64,000 nucleotides of DNA from Gekko japonicus (GCF_001447785.1 NW_015167580.1:272687-336686), one strand, 5' to 3'; counted from the first letter of the stretch, positions 37,658-50,700 are shown. Program-made: numbers and translations. Notes: generated by a model not told the origin, from the letters alone.

Positions 37658-38116
37658 ATGTGTTGGGCTTCCATGATGAGCCTTTTAGTGGCCTGGTGCA
37701 CAGGTGAGAGCAGGTCAAAGTTACGGCTAAGGTGAGTGAAGATGCTGATCAAAGTGAGCCTGACAGATTCTGCATTATTATTATTTTTCCTGCAGGGTCG
37801 TACTCTCAGCCAGTGGTGTCTCAGCCACCATCAGCATCCGTCTCACCGGGGAGCACTGTGAAACTCCCCTGCACTGGGGTCAGTGGCTACTATGTGTACT
37901 GGTATCAGCTGAAGCCTGGGAGTAACCCAAGATGCCTCTTACATTATTATTCAGATTCCAGCAAGGGCCGGGGCTCTGGAGTCCCCTCCCGTTTCTCTGC
38001 TTCCAAAGACACATCGGGAAACACCTGCTATTTAACCATCACAGGGGCCCTGGCAGAAGACGAGGCTGATTATTACTGTGCTCGAGAGTACAGCATTGGT
38101 AGCAGCTGGCGGTGAG
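37658..38116 (+). CDS. IGLV: V12: IGLV segment, group B with short CDR1; leader 37658-37703, V exon 37796-38116; TGA 38113-38115
   Basis: Leader [15 protein letters not shown]; QPVVSQPPS...[14 protein letters not shown]...[14 protein letters not shown]. Confidence 0.92.
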
Positions 38117-38155
38117 CACAGTGATGCAGTCAGACGGGGAACCAAGACAAAATCT
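38117..38155 (+). other. 23-RSS of V12
   Basis: CACAGTG-23-ACAAAATCT. Confidence 0.9.
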
Positions 38156-39941
38156 TCTCCTTGTGCTTTTCCTGGAACAGCCACAGTTAGCAAGATATAG
38201 CTCCGTGGGCTGAGGTTGATGCTTTACTGTCATCTTTGCTGCTAGGGAATTCGTTCCAAAGGATTTATTGTATATCAGCCATAGGCCATAACAAAGTTGC
38301 AAAACATTCAAATAGATCAGGAAAAGAGTAAAAAAATAAAGAACTAAAACCTAAAATCACATACCTAAAATGAGAATGGGTTAAAATAGCTTAAGTGTTA
38401 AAAGAATGGCCCTCTTTGTTGCAAACATTTTAGGTGCCCCTCTGGGCAAGTGAGCCCTTTTCAGCCTTGGCTCCCCATGTGGAAGTGGGTCTAACAATAT
38501 TGGCCTGCCTTCCAGGTCTGAAGCACTTTCAATACTGTCTTCCTCTTTGTTTAAAAACACACACAAAAAAACCCCAACAACAAAAACACCCTAACATCAT
38601 TCATGAAAAATGATTATGGTACTACTAACTACCCCCTCTCTCGGTGAAGACACAAGATGACCAGTATTTGGGTTTTTCTGGGTTTTATTAAATTGGTGTA
38701 AATTGCTTTTCTGTCTCATCATACTATTCAGCCAACTGCTAAGTGTCGATCGCAACCGAATGCCGCATTTGCATCAACTTCACACTGGCTGCAAACATGG
38801 TCAGCTTTCTCTGTAGTCCTATTCGTCCTCGCCTGTACATTGGCAGTGCCAAGGAAGGCCAAGTCTCATCCCTTCTGCAATCTCCCACCCACTCCATCGC
38901 ACTTTGCTGACCCACACTATGAGCACCCCTCCATCACCATGCCACTTTGGGGGGTTCATCCTCAGAAACCTCAATGTTTCTCCCAGTTATCCCACTCTGC
39001 AGTTTTCCTCTCTCTCCCCCTCCAGTTATCAAGTGTCCTATTTGTAACATCACATTTTAGGCACAGTGTGAAGCATCCCCCCCCCCCAATAAAAAGATTT
39101 CCTACTTAGTCCAATGCTAGCAGATCCAGAACATACGTGCTGGGCCCTCTTGCACTGACAGAAAAGCTGCTTGGATCCATCCCATGAAAGACTTCAAACA
39201 CAAAGCCAGCTAATACAAAGAACTGCCTCAGGATTTGGGAAATCAAACAATCAGTAAGTGTCCTGTGATACTTCTCCCATGATTGTTTTGAATACATAAA
39301 TGACACAAGTCCGAGGAGAAGATTTCAATGCATCAGATAAGAGCAACTTCAGGTTAGGTTTGGCTGAGGGTCAACCAAAAGACCAAGCTTCACTCTGCAC
39401 AAACTGCAAAAAAGTCCAGCTTAACTGATGTATCTTTTTTTTTCTCATTTTCCTATCATGAAGGGAGGTATGAAAATTCCCACTTCACAATAAGAAAATC
39501 CAGGGACAATGCACTCTGGAAAAGATAGTCAGAATGTAAAGTTTCCAAGTAAGCGGGAAAGGGACTGCCCCATGAGTTAGTAACCTAATAAATGTTACCA
39601 CCCATCAGAGTGGTGAAGACGGGGATCTATTCCAGCTTTTCAGTACCTGGATGAACAAGTGACTTCCCTACGCATTCAGAACAGTGCAATTGGGCAGATG
39701 TATGTAACCAAACAGACATTACCAGGATGTGACCCTACATGTTTGGTGTGCATCATATCCCCCCCCCCATTCAAAACTTTATTTTGGGGAAGAAGTAAAG
39801 AAAGTTCCAATCCAATATCTTCCAAACTTCTTTTTAAACTCTGATGATAAAGGGTCTAAAAGGACTACAGACTGACACCTCGGCTGTTCATCTATGTTAC
39901 CTAATATGTGGGTGGGGAGGGTGAGTCTACTTGAAGGGAAA

Positions 39942-39951
39942 TGATTTGCAT
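39942..39951 (+). promoter_or_regulatory. Canonical Ig light-chain decamer/octamer of the V13 promoter
   Basis: TGATTTGCAT about 105 bp upstream of the ATG; same motif at 56080-56089 (V17); ATTTGAAT variants at 1696, 24308, 27333, 32007. Confidence 0.85.
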
Positions 39952-40055
39952 GGAGTGGCCCCTAAATAAGGTCCATAATGACAACAAGAGAACAGACGAC
40001 CTTGAACCAGAAACTTTTCTGCCTCACGAGACAAAGTTCAGCTGCATATCCCATC

Positions 40056-40497
40056 ATGCTCTGCGCTTTACTACTCTACATGGTCCTCGCATATTGCTCA
40101 GGTAATACAAAGGAAACTCTATTTTTTTGCATTGTTTCTTCAGAACTTGTAAAGAACAAAACTAGTATCATTTAAACAGCGACACTTTCTCCTTTTTCCA
40201 GGTTCTTTTGCTCAGTATGTGCTGACTCAGCTACCATCAATGTCTGTGTCTCTGCAACAAAATGCCCAAATCACTTGTTCAGGGAACAGCATTGGGGGCA
40301 GGTTTGTGCACTGGTACCAGCAGAAACCTGGCATGGCCCCACTCCTCATTATATATGAAGATAGCAAGAGGCCAGAAGGGATCTCAGACCGATTCTCTGG
40401 CTCCAACTCTGGCAACACAGCCACTTTGAGCATCGCCAGGGCCAAAGCAGAGGATGAGGCCGATTATTACTGCCAGGTGTGGGACAGCAGCGCTGCT
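40056..40497 (+). CDS. IGLV: V13: IGLV segment, group A, intact; leader 40056-40101, V exon 40202-40497
   Basis: Leader [15 protein letters not shown]; QYVLTQLPS...[27 protein letters not shown]...[11 protein letters not shown]. Confidence 0.94.
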
Positions 40498-40536
40498 CAC
40501 AGTGATACAAACAGAGGGGGAAGTGAGACAAAAACC
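40498..40536 (+). other. 23-RSS of V13 (consensus)
   Basis: CACAGTG-23-ACAAAAACC. Confidence 0.95.
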
Positions 40537-43080
40537 TCCTGCTCTGAAAGGCTGTCGCTGGCTTCTTTGTATGCAGTCCCCGCAGAGACCCGGGAGCCCG
40601 TGACTAAGCAGACCCAGAGCTGCCAATCTGCACACCCAGATTATACTCACTTTGTTGGTATGCCTCTTTGCTGCTTTTCACCCATACCATATCCTCTGGT
40701 TATCTAACACTCCTACTATAAAGCATGTAACAAATGAGAATGTACAACCACACAACATAAAATTGCTCAGTGAGTAAAAGGTGGAGGAGAGGAAATGTCT
40801 CCTCCATTTCTCCATCTGTGCCCTGCTGTGAGGTGTAAGCAAATGTGTCCTGAAATCCCACGACCAGCAATAAAGAACTCAAATGAAGTGCTATACGCTA
40901 TGACTGTGGTCAGACGAGCAGTTTGATCCGATGTCATCGCTGTTCCCTTCCAGATTTAAAGTGCATGATCAGACGGCGACATCTGCCTCCTGTTCCCCAG
41001 TCATTGGCATCCAGTCTTCTGACCCAACTTGGAATCAGAGTTATTAGGCACCAGGGGAAGGCCAGTCTTTACGTGTGTCAGCACTTCCACCCCACATTTC
41101 CAGATGTCTGAACTCTCCTGTTGTGAACTCAAGCCAGTTGAGAAGTGTGAACCTTCCCATCTGTTTCTGCCCACTCCCCCTTTCTCTGATCAGGTAGCAA
41201 CATGCACATAAGTGCATAATGCCCCCTGGCATTGTCAATCACTACTTGTATGTTCAAGCAGCCAAGTAGTCAATCTGGATTGGCAGCCCCCAGGGGACTT
41301 GTTTTTGCGTGACAAATCCCCCCCCAAAAAAACCTCCTCTCCTGTTCCTGCTTCAGAGTTGTTGTTTAAGAGCATCCCATGACTGACACAAGAGTGAATA
41401 TACTGAAGTCAATGGGACTACTCTCATGTAAATCTCCATGCATTCCTTCCCCACCATGTATTCCCATGAAGAGAGGTGAAGCAAAGGAGGCTGAGAGGGG
41501 CCACAGTACTTGGTAGAGGGATCGCGGTGCTGTTACAATGGACTGGTGCATCAAATGCACACTTCTGTGCATGCGCAACAGACATTTTTTTAAAAAGGAT
41601 GCTGCCCGACCGCCCACTCCATGGTTACCGCAAAGAAATAATCTGAATGGTCAATCATGGAGTTAGTGTGCAGTGAGGCAGGTTCAGGGTGAGATGTCTG
41701 ATCAAAACTCTCCACTACAGCAAAACCTGGTTGAATTAGAGGTGGGGCCAGAACACAACAAGCCTGTCGTCTGACCACAGCTTAGCTTCTTGAGTTCTGC
41801 CACATCTGGCCATTTTTGAGATCCTCCTGTCAACATCCTGAGACACAGTATAGATGGGGAAACACTCCAGTAAAAAGGATTTTTTCCCCCACCAAACAAA
41901 AATGTATGGACTTGTTTTCTCCCTGTCCCCCAAAATAAAGATGGCATACAAGGCATGCAGGATTTCACTAATTAACTGATATGAGCTTTATACGAGCCCA
42001 CCCACCCCCATTACTACAGGCAGGGCTGACCCTTCTACTGGGCCTTTCCAGGCAACTGCCTAGGTCACCAGAGGAGGAGGGGTGGCAATCACCCCTGTCA
42101 CCCCCACCCACTTTCTGGCCTACCCATTTGCCTACATCCAGCCCCCCCCCCAATTTTATCAGGCTCTGACATGTCGAGCATCAGGGCCAGGTGGAGCTTC
42201 CAGCCCCAGTTGGGGGGGGCTGGGGGGGAGTCTGCTCCTTCCTCCCTCCATTGGGGGACAGAGCAGCCTAAGCCCGCCCTCTGACACCTTCCCTTGCCCC
42301 TCTTCTTCCTCCTTCCCTTGCTCTCTCACCTCTCTCTGATGGGGGGGGGCAACAAGGAGGAAGATGGCAGCTTCCTGCCATGCTGTGGTGTGGAGAGCAA
42401 GGAAGATGGATGTTTCCTCTGTCCTAATGGTCCAAAAGTTTCATAGAAGGCCTTACAGAGTCCATGGAGTTTTTGGCACAAGAGGTGTTTTGATGGATCT
42501 AACCAGCATCCTGTTTTATCCAGTTATTTATAACCAGTCACCCTGGAGGACCAGCAAAGAGAGCACAGGGGCCAATAACTCCCCTCCAACGTTGCCCCCT
42601 ACCATGGTCCTGTAGGTTCTTGGGCCTAAAAGATTCCCTATCTTGCTGATGTGTGGTGAGAAGAAGGGTGGGTGGGCGAGTAGAAGGTGAGGGGGGGTGA
42701 GCCAGCAGTGCAGTGTGGAGAGGGGCTAGTGACGTGAGCAGGCAGAGTAGCAAGGACGGGGTGGGGGGAGTTGGACTGAGAAAAGAAGGGCAAACAGGAG
42801 GGGAAGGGGGAGAGAAAAGGGTAAACAGAGGTGGCGGGGGTGGGTGGGTCAGAAGCCAGGGGAGAAAGTAGGAACCAGTGGGAGAATTTTTCCAGGAGCT
42901 TCTCACAGGCCACTGCTTATAAATCCTCTAACTTCATTTAAAAAAAAAATCAGAATGACAAATGTGGAAAATATCCTATAGAGGAGAAATGTCATAGAAT
43001 CCAATCACAGAATCCAAGAAAATCATAGAATCCAAGAAAGGCGGGCTAAATAAATAAATAAGATAAAGAAGCAAAGAAGA

Positions 43081-43106
43081 TGCCATTAAGACCTCTAGAG
43101 GGCACC
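43081..43106 (+). promoter_or_regulatory. CTCF-like site
   Basis: TGCCAT-taaga-CCTCTAGAGGGCAC. Confidence 0.6.
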
Positions 43107-43884
43107 CTTGATCGAGAAAACACTGACAGAATTGCCAACCAGAGTTGAGTAAGATGAGACAGCCCACAGCATTCAACTGTTCTTCAAGGTGAGATCCTCT
43201 TAATACCTTTTTTTTTGGGGGGGGGGGGGAATGAAACACTCACACAACATGGTTGGCTGTACCCACCAAGCAGGGACATCTGTGAAATGTTCCTCTGCAA
43301 AAATTGTGTTCCTTTGGGAAAAAGGCTATTTGGATCCCCTACAGAACTCATTAAAAGTTGTGCTTAGAAAACAATGTTCTATTTTGGAGTTCCCACCTAT
43401 CGAAGGCTTTTCTTGTTGGCTTGTTTTAACACATTCTCTCAGGCAGAACTTCATGATCGGTTTGTAGGGTTAGAGTTAGGACTGTCTCATGCAGTGAGGT
43501 TAATCTCCCATTTTGTTTAGCATTGATAATTAGGAATTCTGGGATACTCAGTTCCAGACTGTAATGCTCTATTGCTGGTCCCATTGTATCTCACCCTCAG
43601 CCTCAAGAACTGAAGCAAAATTTCAAACCCAAGCATAAGCAGCTTACTACTTGTTGCAGCTCAAAGGCAGATGAAATTGCAGCCTCAAGGGGCCAGACTG
43701 AAGCATCACTTGAAAAGGATGGCACATCTTGTTTTCAAGCATCTCTCTGATCTAAAGGACCAATCAGGCTTAAGCTGAGCATGACAATGCTCCACCTCCC
43801 TACACAGTGTGGATATAAAGGACCACAAATGGACGACCTTGTTGGGTCTTTTGTTTCCAGTTTTGTTCCGCAGATATGGCTATC

Positions 43885-44361
43885 ATGTTCTGGCCTCCCA
43901 TTTTCACCTTTCTAGTCATGTGGTGTACAGGTGAGAGCAGGTAAAATACGCATTGCAGTTATTGCTACGAGTGAAGGTGAGGAGCAAATGGTGTGAGACG
44001 GTTTCTCCATTATCCTTTTTTCCAGGTTCAGAGTCTCAGCCTGTGCTGACTCAGCCATCCTCAGCATTGGTGTCACCAGGGAACACAGCGAAGATCTCCT
44101 GTGTCATAGGCAGCGGGATCAGCATTGGTGGCCTTCATACGTACTGGTACCAGCAGAAGCTGGGGAATCCCCCAAGATATCTCTTACGTTACTATTCAGA
44201 TTCTAACAAGCACCAAGGCTCTGGAGTCCCCTCTCGTTTCTCTGGGTCCAAAGATACGTCTACAAACACAGCTTATTTAACCATTTCGGGATCTTTGCCA
44301 GAAGATGAGGCTGCTTATTACTGTGGCACAGAGCATGGCAGTGGTAGTAGCTTTCGGTATG
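43885..44361 (+). CDS. IGLV: V14: IGLV segment, group B; leader 43885-43930, V exon 44026-44361; TAT at the position of the paralogues' stop codon
   Basis: Leader MFWPPIFTFLVMWCT; QPVLTQPSS...YYCGTEHGSGSSFRY. Confidence 0.92.
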
Positions 44362-44400
44362 CACCATGATTCAGTCAAATTAGGAACCGAGACACAAACT
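44362..44400 (+). other. 23-RSS of V14 (degenerate)
   Basis: CACCATG-23-ACACAAACT. Confidence 0.8.
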
Positions 44401-45122
44401 GTGTTTGGTTCAGAGCAGCTGAGCTTTGCAAGGAGTAGCTTCATGCCTGAGGGACTGATCAGTCATCTGCTAGGTGGGTGTTTCAGCCTCATCATATCTG
44501 CAAAGTATTGTGGAGCCCCAGAGGCAACTTCTTCTCTCTCACCTCACCTGTTGCACCATGGGAATTGCAATAATATAGGTCTGGATTATAGACCTGAGGT
44601 GCCTTCAACGCTATCAGTGTTGACTGATATCCTTAATTGAAAGTGGTTACTGTACAACCATTCCTCCCCCCTCCAGGAAGACAGAGGAACAGGACTATTG
44701 GAGTAAAACTAGGTTTTAATAAATGATCTGTGCCCTCAGATGATTCCATCAACTATTAAGTACATGTCGCAGGGAACTAAGGCAGCATTCGAGAAGCTCC
44801 ACCCTGGTTCCAGACTTGTCCAGCACTACTTCTTTCTGGCTTTGTTTGTCTTAGCTTCCTCCATTACCCATGTCAAGCAGTGCCACTCCTCATTTCCCAC
44901 CCCCAATGCCCCCCTCCAGCCACTAAGGGGGTGGCTGAGGCTGCTCTGTCATGACCCCCTCCAGCCCACTCAGTGATTCTGACTCCGATGCTGCAGGGGA
45001 GGAGCCAAGGTCAGGAGACCGAGGAGGCCCAGGGGGACCAGGAAGGGCCCAGCACTGCAGAGTCACCTGTGGATGATGCCTCCTCAGCACCCAAGGCCAC
45101 CTCACCAGAGCCTCACCACCAG

Positions 45123-45326
45123 CAATGTTCCCTCTAAATTGTGGGTCTTGTGAGCAAAAATGCTACTTGTGAGCTACTAGCATTGAAATTGTGTGCAAGG
45201 AATTTGGCTGCTGCATAAATTAGTTTGCTCTGGAGCCCTCCTTCCTGAGCTAAGACAAAAATGTGTGAGCCAGAGGCTAACAAACTGTAAGCTAGCTCAC
45301 ACTAACTCAACTTAGAGGGAACACTG
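45123..45326. mobile_element. hAT-type MITE
   Basis: TIR CAATGTTCCCTCTAA/TTAGAGGGAACACTG; imperfect TSD ACCACCAG/ACCAATAG. Confidence 0.72.
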
Positions 45327-45378
45327 ACCAATAGTCCCTGGAATAGTCACAAGGCCTCTCCCATGCAGGAGAAAAGGC

Positions 45379-45695
45379 TGGCCCTGTAGCCGCACAGGAT
45401 CTTCTCCGGGACCAAGGGTGAAAAGTACTGGGTTTGATACATCAGGACGTGGAGCATGACATCCGATAAGATGCGTTTATTGGTACTTAACACATGGAAC
45501 AAAAACTAACGGCCGGATGGCCAACTTTATACAATTATGGAGGGACACCCCTAGGTCCCATTGGCGGGTTTGAACTTCCCGCCAATGTCCCTATTGGTTC
45601 CTTACTTGTAGTTCAGGAGCCTAGTCCCTATTGTCTTCTGGGCTGAAGCTCTAGCTGCCTCTGGCTGGCGTCAGGCAGCATCCGAAGACATAACA
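45379..45695 (-). mobile_element. Putative solo LTR
   Basis: TG...CA ends, flanks AAGGC/AAGGG, minus-strand CCAAT, TATAAA and AATAAA in LTR order. Confidence 0.45.
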
Positions 45696-45867
45696 AAGGG
45701 CAAGGTGGCGGCTCAAGGCCTGGGACAAAGTGGCTCAGAAGAGGCAAAGAGCCAGGCTGGCTGCACGCAAGGCCAGCGAAGAATTGCAGCAGGGCACTGA
45801 GAGAGTTTCCTTGCAGGATCCTGGCCAGTTTGCAGAGCTGCCTCAGAAACTGCAGGAACTCTTGACC

Positions 45868-46045
45868 AGGGCTATTTTTGGGCAGGAACGCACAGGAACG
45901 GAGTTCCGGCTAGCTCCTGAGTTGGCCACGCCCAGCAGGAACTCATTAGCATAATAGGGCACACCCAACAGCAGAAACTCATTGGGATTGGCTACATTTG
46001 GGGTGTGTGGTCTAACAAAGGGTTCCTGCTACAAAAAAAGCCCTG
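45868..46045. mobile_element. CAGGG-ended MITE related to 1003-1193
   Basis: CAGGGCTATTTTT...AAAAAAAGCCCTG. Confidence 0.68.
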
Positions 46046-46069
46046 GGTTTTGACAACAAACAAGGCAAA

Positions 46070-46739
46070 NNNNNNNNNNNNNNNNNNNNNNNNNNNNNNN
46101 NNNNNNNNNNNNNNNNNNNNNNNNNNNNNNNNNNNNNNNNNNNNNNNNNNNNNNNNNNNNNNNNNNNNNNNNNNNNNNNNNNNNNNNNNNNNNNNNNNNN
46201 NNNNNNNNNNNNNNNNNNNNNNNNNNNNNNNNNNNNNNNNNNNNNNNNNNNNNNNNNNNNNNNNNNNNNNNNNNNNNNNNNNNNNNNNNNNNNNNNNNNN
46301 NNNNNNNNNNNNNNNNNNNNNNNNNNNNNNNNNNNNNNNNNNNNNNNNNNNNNNNNNNNNNNNNNNNNNNNNNNNNNNNNNNNNNNNNNNNNNNNNNNNN
46401 NNNNNNNNNNNNNNNNNNNNNNNNNNNNNNNNNNNNNNNNNNNNNNNNNNNNNNNNNNNNNNNNNNNNNNNNNNNNNNNNNNNNNNNNNNNNNNNNNNNN
46501 NNNNNNNNNNNNNNNNNNNNNNNNNNNNNNNNNNNNNNNNNNNNNNNNNNNNNNNNNNNNNNNNNNNNNNNNNNNNNNNNNNNNNNNNNNNNNNNNNNNN
46601 NNNNNNNNNNNNNNNNNNNNNNNNNNNNNNNNNNNNNNNNNNNNNNNNNNNNNNNNNNNNNNNNNNNNNNNNNNNNNNNNNNNNNNNNNNNNNNNNNNNN
46701 NNNNNNNNNNNNNNNNNNNNNNNNNNNNNNNNNNNNNNN
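46070..46739. other. Assembly gap (N run), probably spurious
   Basis: Same ~86-bp sequence on both sides. Confidence 0.95.
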
Positions 46740-46995
46740 GGGATTGGCTACATTTGGGGTGTGTGGTCTAACAAAGGGTTCCTGCTACAAAAAAAGCCCT
46801 GGGTTTTGACAACAAACAAGGCAAACAGAATAAGAAGCAAAAGGTGGGTGTGGCTGGATGACCACACTTCTGGTGGCATGGGGGTGTGGCCTAATATGCC
46901 AATGAGCTGTGCTGTCGGGGTGTGGCCTAATATGCTAATGAGTTTCTGCTGTTGGGTGTGGCCTGTTATGAGGGAAGGGCGGGGTATAAGTGAAA

Positions 46996-47040
<45 letters not shown>

Positions 47041-48783
47041 GAGTTCCTGCTGGGGTTTTTCTACAAAAAACCCCCTGCTCTTGGCCACACAGCTGGGCTC
47101 TCTTGCCTCCTCCCATCCTACTCAAGCTGGGCCTGGGAAGACAGTCTTGCTGGAACACCTGGTCTGCAGGGCTGCATCCCTCACCCACTGCTGGACCCAG
47201 CTCCAGGCCCTGGCGGCTCCAGGACTGGCCCAGTCTCTCATAGTCCAGGCCTTGCTCAGTCACCATCTGCAGGAAGTTGCAGTTCTTGGGGAGACCAGCA
47301 GAAGAAGCCTAAGACCAGAATGGGCATCCTTTTCTCCCAGAAGCCCCCCTGCCCCTCCCGGGAACGTTTGCAGTCATTCTTCCATAGAGTCCTCCGGGTT
47401 TGTGCCAATCAGGGGTGCCAATTCTGAAGCAGGGAGCTTCTGGAGATTTGGAGGCAGTGCCTGGGAGGGATCTCAGCAGGATTGTGATGTGATAGATCTG
47501 CCCTCCAAAGCAATGGCCAAGAGAGCAGGGAGGAGATTGTTAGCCACACCAGTCACCCCCACCCACTGGTCATCCTATTTGTTTACCCACTGACTCACCT
47601 GTGGCCCCAGCCCAGGAGGAGTCCCCAGCCCCACGGGGGAACTGATGGGAAGCCTAGGGTTGCCAGGTCTGCCATGCTGATATTTTTTATTCCGTCCAAG
47701 GCCTGGGTGAAGAGAGGCATCTATATTCTACTGGTGGTTCAGTAAAATCCCAGTAGGTGGAACAGGTTTATCACTATGTGATCTTTTATGCCTTGCACTT
47801 ATCCTATTCCCTTCCCCTATTAAATCTAGGATTGGGGGGGGGAAATCCAAAAACAACCAAATTTTTCACCTCTGCTAGAGCCTGTTCCTTCCCTTCCCTA
47901 TATGAGGGGCGGAGGAGGCCTGCCCTTTTCCCCCCTTCCCTTGCCACCTTTTCTTCCTCTTCTCTTCTTTCCTCACCCTCGGTGATGCAGATGGGGGGGC
48001 AATGAGGAGGCAGATGGCAGCTTTCTGCCATACTGTGGCAAGGGGGGGGGAAGAAAGGTGGGAATTGCCTCCTGCATGGGGTGTGGAGTGGAGCCCAGCT
48101 GCTATCTCACCACTGCATCTCATTGCAGTGTGTTTGTGGTGGGCAGTTGCCATCTTCTCACTCCCCACAGCACAGTGGGGTGGAAGAAAGGGTGTGGGGG
48201 GGCTGCTTGGTATTGCAGAAACACTGCCAAAGACAAGTGGAAACAGACGGGTCATCAGAAAAGGCTTTAGAAAAGATTAGGAGGGTGCGTGATATGGGGA
48301 GTCACAATCCAAGACCCATCTGCTACATCCAGCGCCAAGGTGGTAGAGAAGGCGGACCTGTTCCATTCCTTCCAAGAGAGGCATCAACATTCCACTGGTG
48401 ACTGTGAGCACAAACGTCAATAAAATCCCAGTAATTGGCACGAATGTATCAATACGTGATCTTTTATGCCTTGCAGTTATCACATTCCCTTCCCCTCTTA
48501 TAAAACCTAGGACTGAAAAATACATCCCAACGCAACCACATTTTTCACCCACTGCTGAAAGAGAACTGAAATAGCAGCAAATTGAAGCATCACTAATCAA
48601 GGTGGGCAAGTCCTGCTTTGAAGTATCCCTCTGGTCATTAGAACCAATCAAATGTAAGTTCATTAACATGAAGATGCTCTGCCTCCAAAACTGGGAATCC
48701 TATAAAGGGCCATGATTGAAGGGGCTCCCGGTGTGGAGGGTTTTTTGTTTCCTTTTCTCGTTGGGGCATCAAACTGCTTCACC

Positions 48784-49245
48784 ATGCTCTGGGTTCCCAT
48801 TTTGAGCCTTCTGTTCATGTGGTGCACAGGTGAGAATAGGTGAAAGATGCATGGAAACTTTGCTAAGGGAATGCAGCTGAGAAGCAGTGGGAGTGTGACC
48901 ATTTCTGCCCTATTCTTTTCCCAGGTTCGAACTCTCAGCCCGTGATGTCTCAGCCCCCCTCAGCATCAGTGTCACCGGGGAACACAGTGAAACTCTCGTG
49001 CGTCATGAGCAGTGGATTCCAAATCAGTGCCCATGATACGTACTGGTACCAGCAGAAGCCTGGGAATCCCCCAAGGTTCCTCCTATATTATTATTCTGAT
49101 TCCAGCAAGCAGCAGGGCTCTGGAGTCCCCTCTCGGTTTTCTGGATCCAAAGACACAACCAGCAACACTGGTTATTTAACCATTGTGGGAGCCCTGGCCG
49201 AAGACGAGGGTGATTACTATTGTGCAACTTGGCACAGCGGTTATT
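48784..49245 (+). CDS. IGLV: V15: IGLV segment, group B with short CDR3, intact; leader 48784-48829, V exon 48925-49245
   Basis: Leader MLWVPILSLLFMWCT; QPVMSQPPS...YYCATWHSGY. Confidence 0.93.
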
Positions 49246-49284
49246 CACGGTGATAGAATTAGATGAGGAAGCCATACAAAAACC
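49246..49284 (+). other. 23-RSS of V15
   Basis: CACGGTG-23-ACAAAAACC. Confidence 0.93.
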
Positions 49285-50399
49285 TCTGCTATTCCCTAAG
49301 GGGATCTGGGTTCAGATACATATACATATTTTTAAAATAGCATTTTATTGAAAGATATATTGCAGAGTTACAAAGCATATAAAACATCATCCTGAGGTAT
49401 TGCACATTTTTATCGGTTTACATGTCAGTACAACGCTTTGCAATATTGAGTATAGAGTGTTTGGTTGTTTTTGTTAGTTATAAACCGTAGAATACAAGAA
49501 ATAACACCCTCTAACTGACCCATATAAATGTAGGGTTAGTACAATCTAAAGGTTAAACATTTTATACTACTAATGTAACAGAATACCAGGATAGAATAAA
49601 AGGAAAATAATTATAATCATACATAGGTAAAACAGTAATTAAAAAGAATTTTTGCACAAGTAAATACGGACCAGTTATAAAGAGTGAAATTGTAAAATAA
49701 TAAATCCAGTTAGTCATTAAAAGGTTAATTTTCTGAAGCTGCACTCTTAGCCCTGATTTTTTTGGCGGCCAAGGCGAAAAGAGACACTTTATAACTGACG
49801 AGTGGATCAGTGTCAAATAATAGAAAGACCAGCTTGTCAATATCAGAAGAAAAAAATTGTCCTACTAATATATATTCCAGGACGTAATGCAGAGTAAAAG
49901 TAAAGTGCAAGTGGTAGACTGCTGGTGATTAGAGTGTTGGACTAGACTCTAGAAGACCCAGCTGGGTATAATGCCATCCTGCCAATCAGTCATTTTCTCC
50001 AGGAGAGCTGATCTCTGTAGTCTGGAGATCTCCAGGCCCCACCTGGAGACCCGCAACCCTGTAAAAGGATCTGGTCATCGGTAACATGAAAGACCTTGAC
50101 CTGAGGCCTGGAGAGCTGCTGCCAGTCAGAGTGGACAATACTGGCCTTGATAGACCAAAGGTCTTGCTCATTGCGAGGCAGCTTCATGTGACACAGTTTA
50201 AACCCAGGCTTCTCGCTTCACCCCAGACTGAGGCGTGTCCATTCCTAAAGCCTCCTCAACCATTCAGCCCTCAGTCGAGTCAGAAGACACACTTTTTGCC
50301 TCCCTTTTCAACCTATTCTTAAGGGAGAAGGGTTTCTGATGCCCAATGACCTAGCTCATTGGAAGACATTTTGATGTTTCCAATTAAAATCCTTTTAAA

Positions 50400-50700
50400 A
50401 GCCAGTTTGGTGCAATGGTTAAGTGTGCGGACTCCAATCTGGGAGAACCAGGTTTGATTCCCCACTCCTCCACTTGCACCTGCTGATGTGACCTTGGGTC
50501 AGTCACAAGCTCTGGCACAGCTGTCCTTGAAAAAGAGCAGTTTGTGTCAGAGCTCTCTCAGCCCCACCCACCTCACAGGGTGTCTGTTTGTTGTGGGGAG
50601 GGGAAGGGAAAGGAGTTTGTAAGCCGCTCTGAGACTCCAAGTGAGGGGCGGGGTATAAATCCAATCTCTTCTTCTTCTTCTTCTTCTTCTTCTTCTTCTT
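50400..50700 (+). mobile_element. Squam3-like SINE, full length with (CTT)n tail
   Basis: tRNA head with GGTTTGATTCC B-box, CORE-like body, tail; absent at paralogous site near 33590. Confidence 0.8.

Noticed and set aside
49233-49239. Second heptamer-like CACAGCG within V15 CDR3
   Set aside because: Spacing to the nonamer would be 36 bp; explained by His-Ser codons
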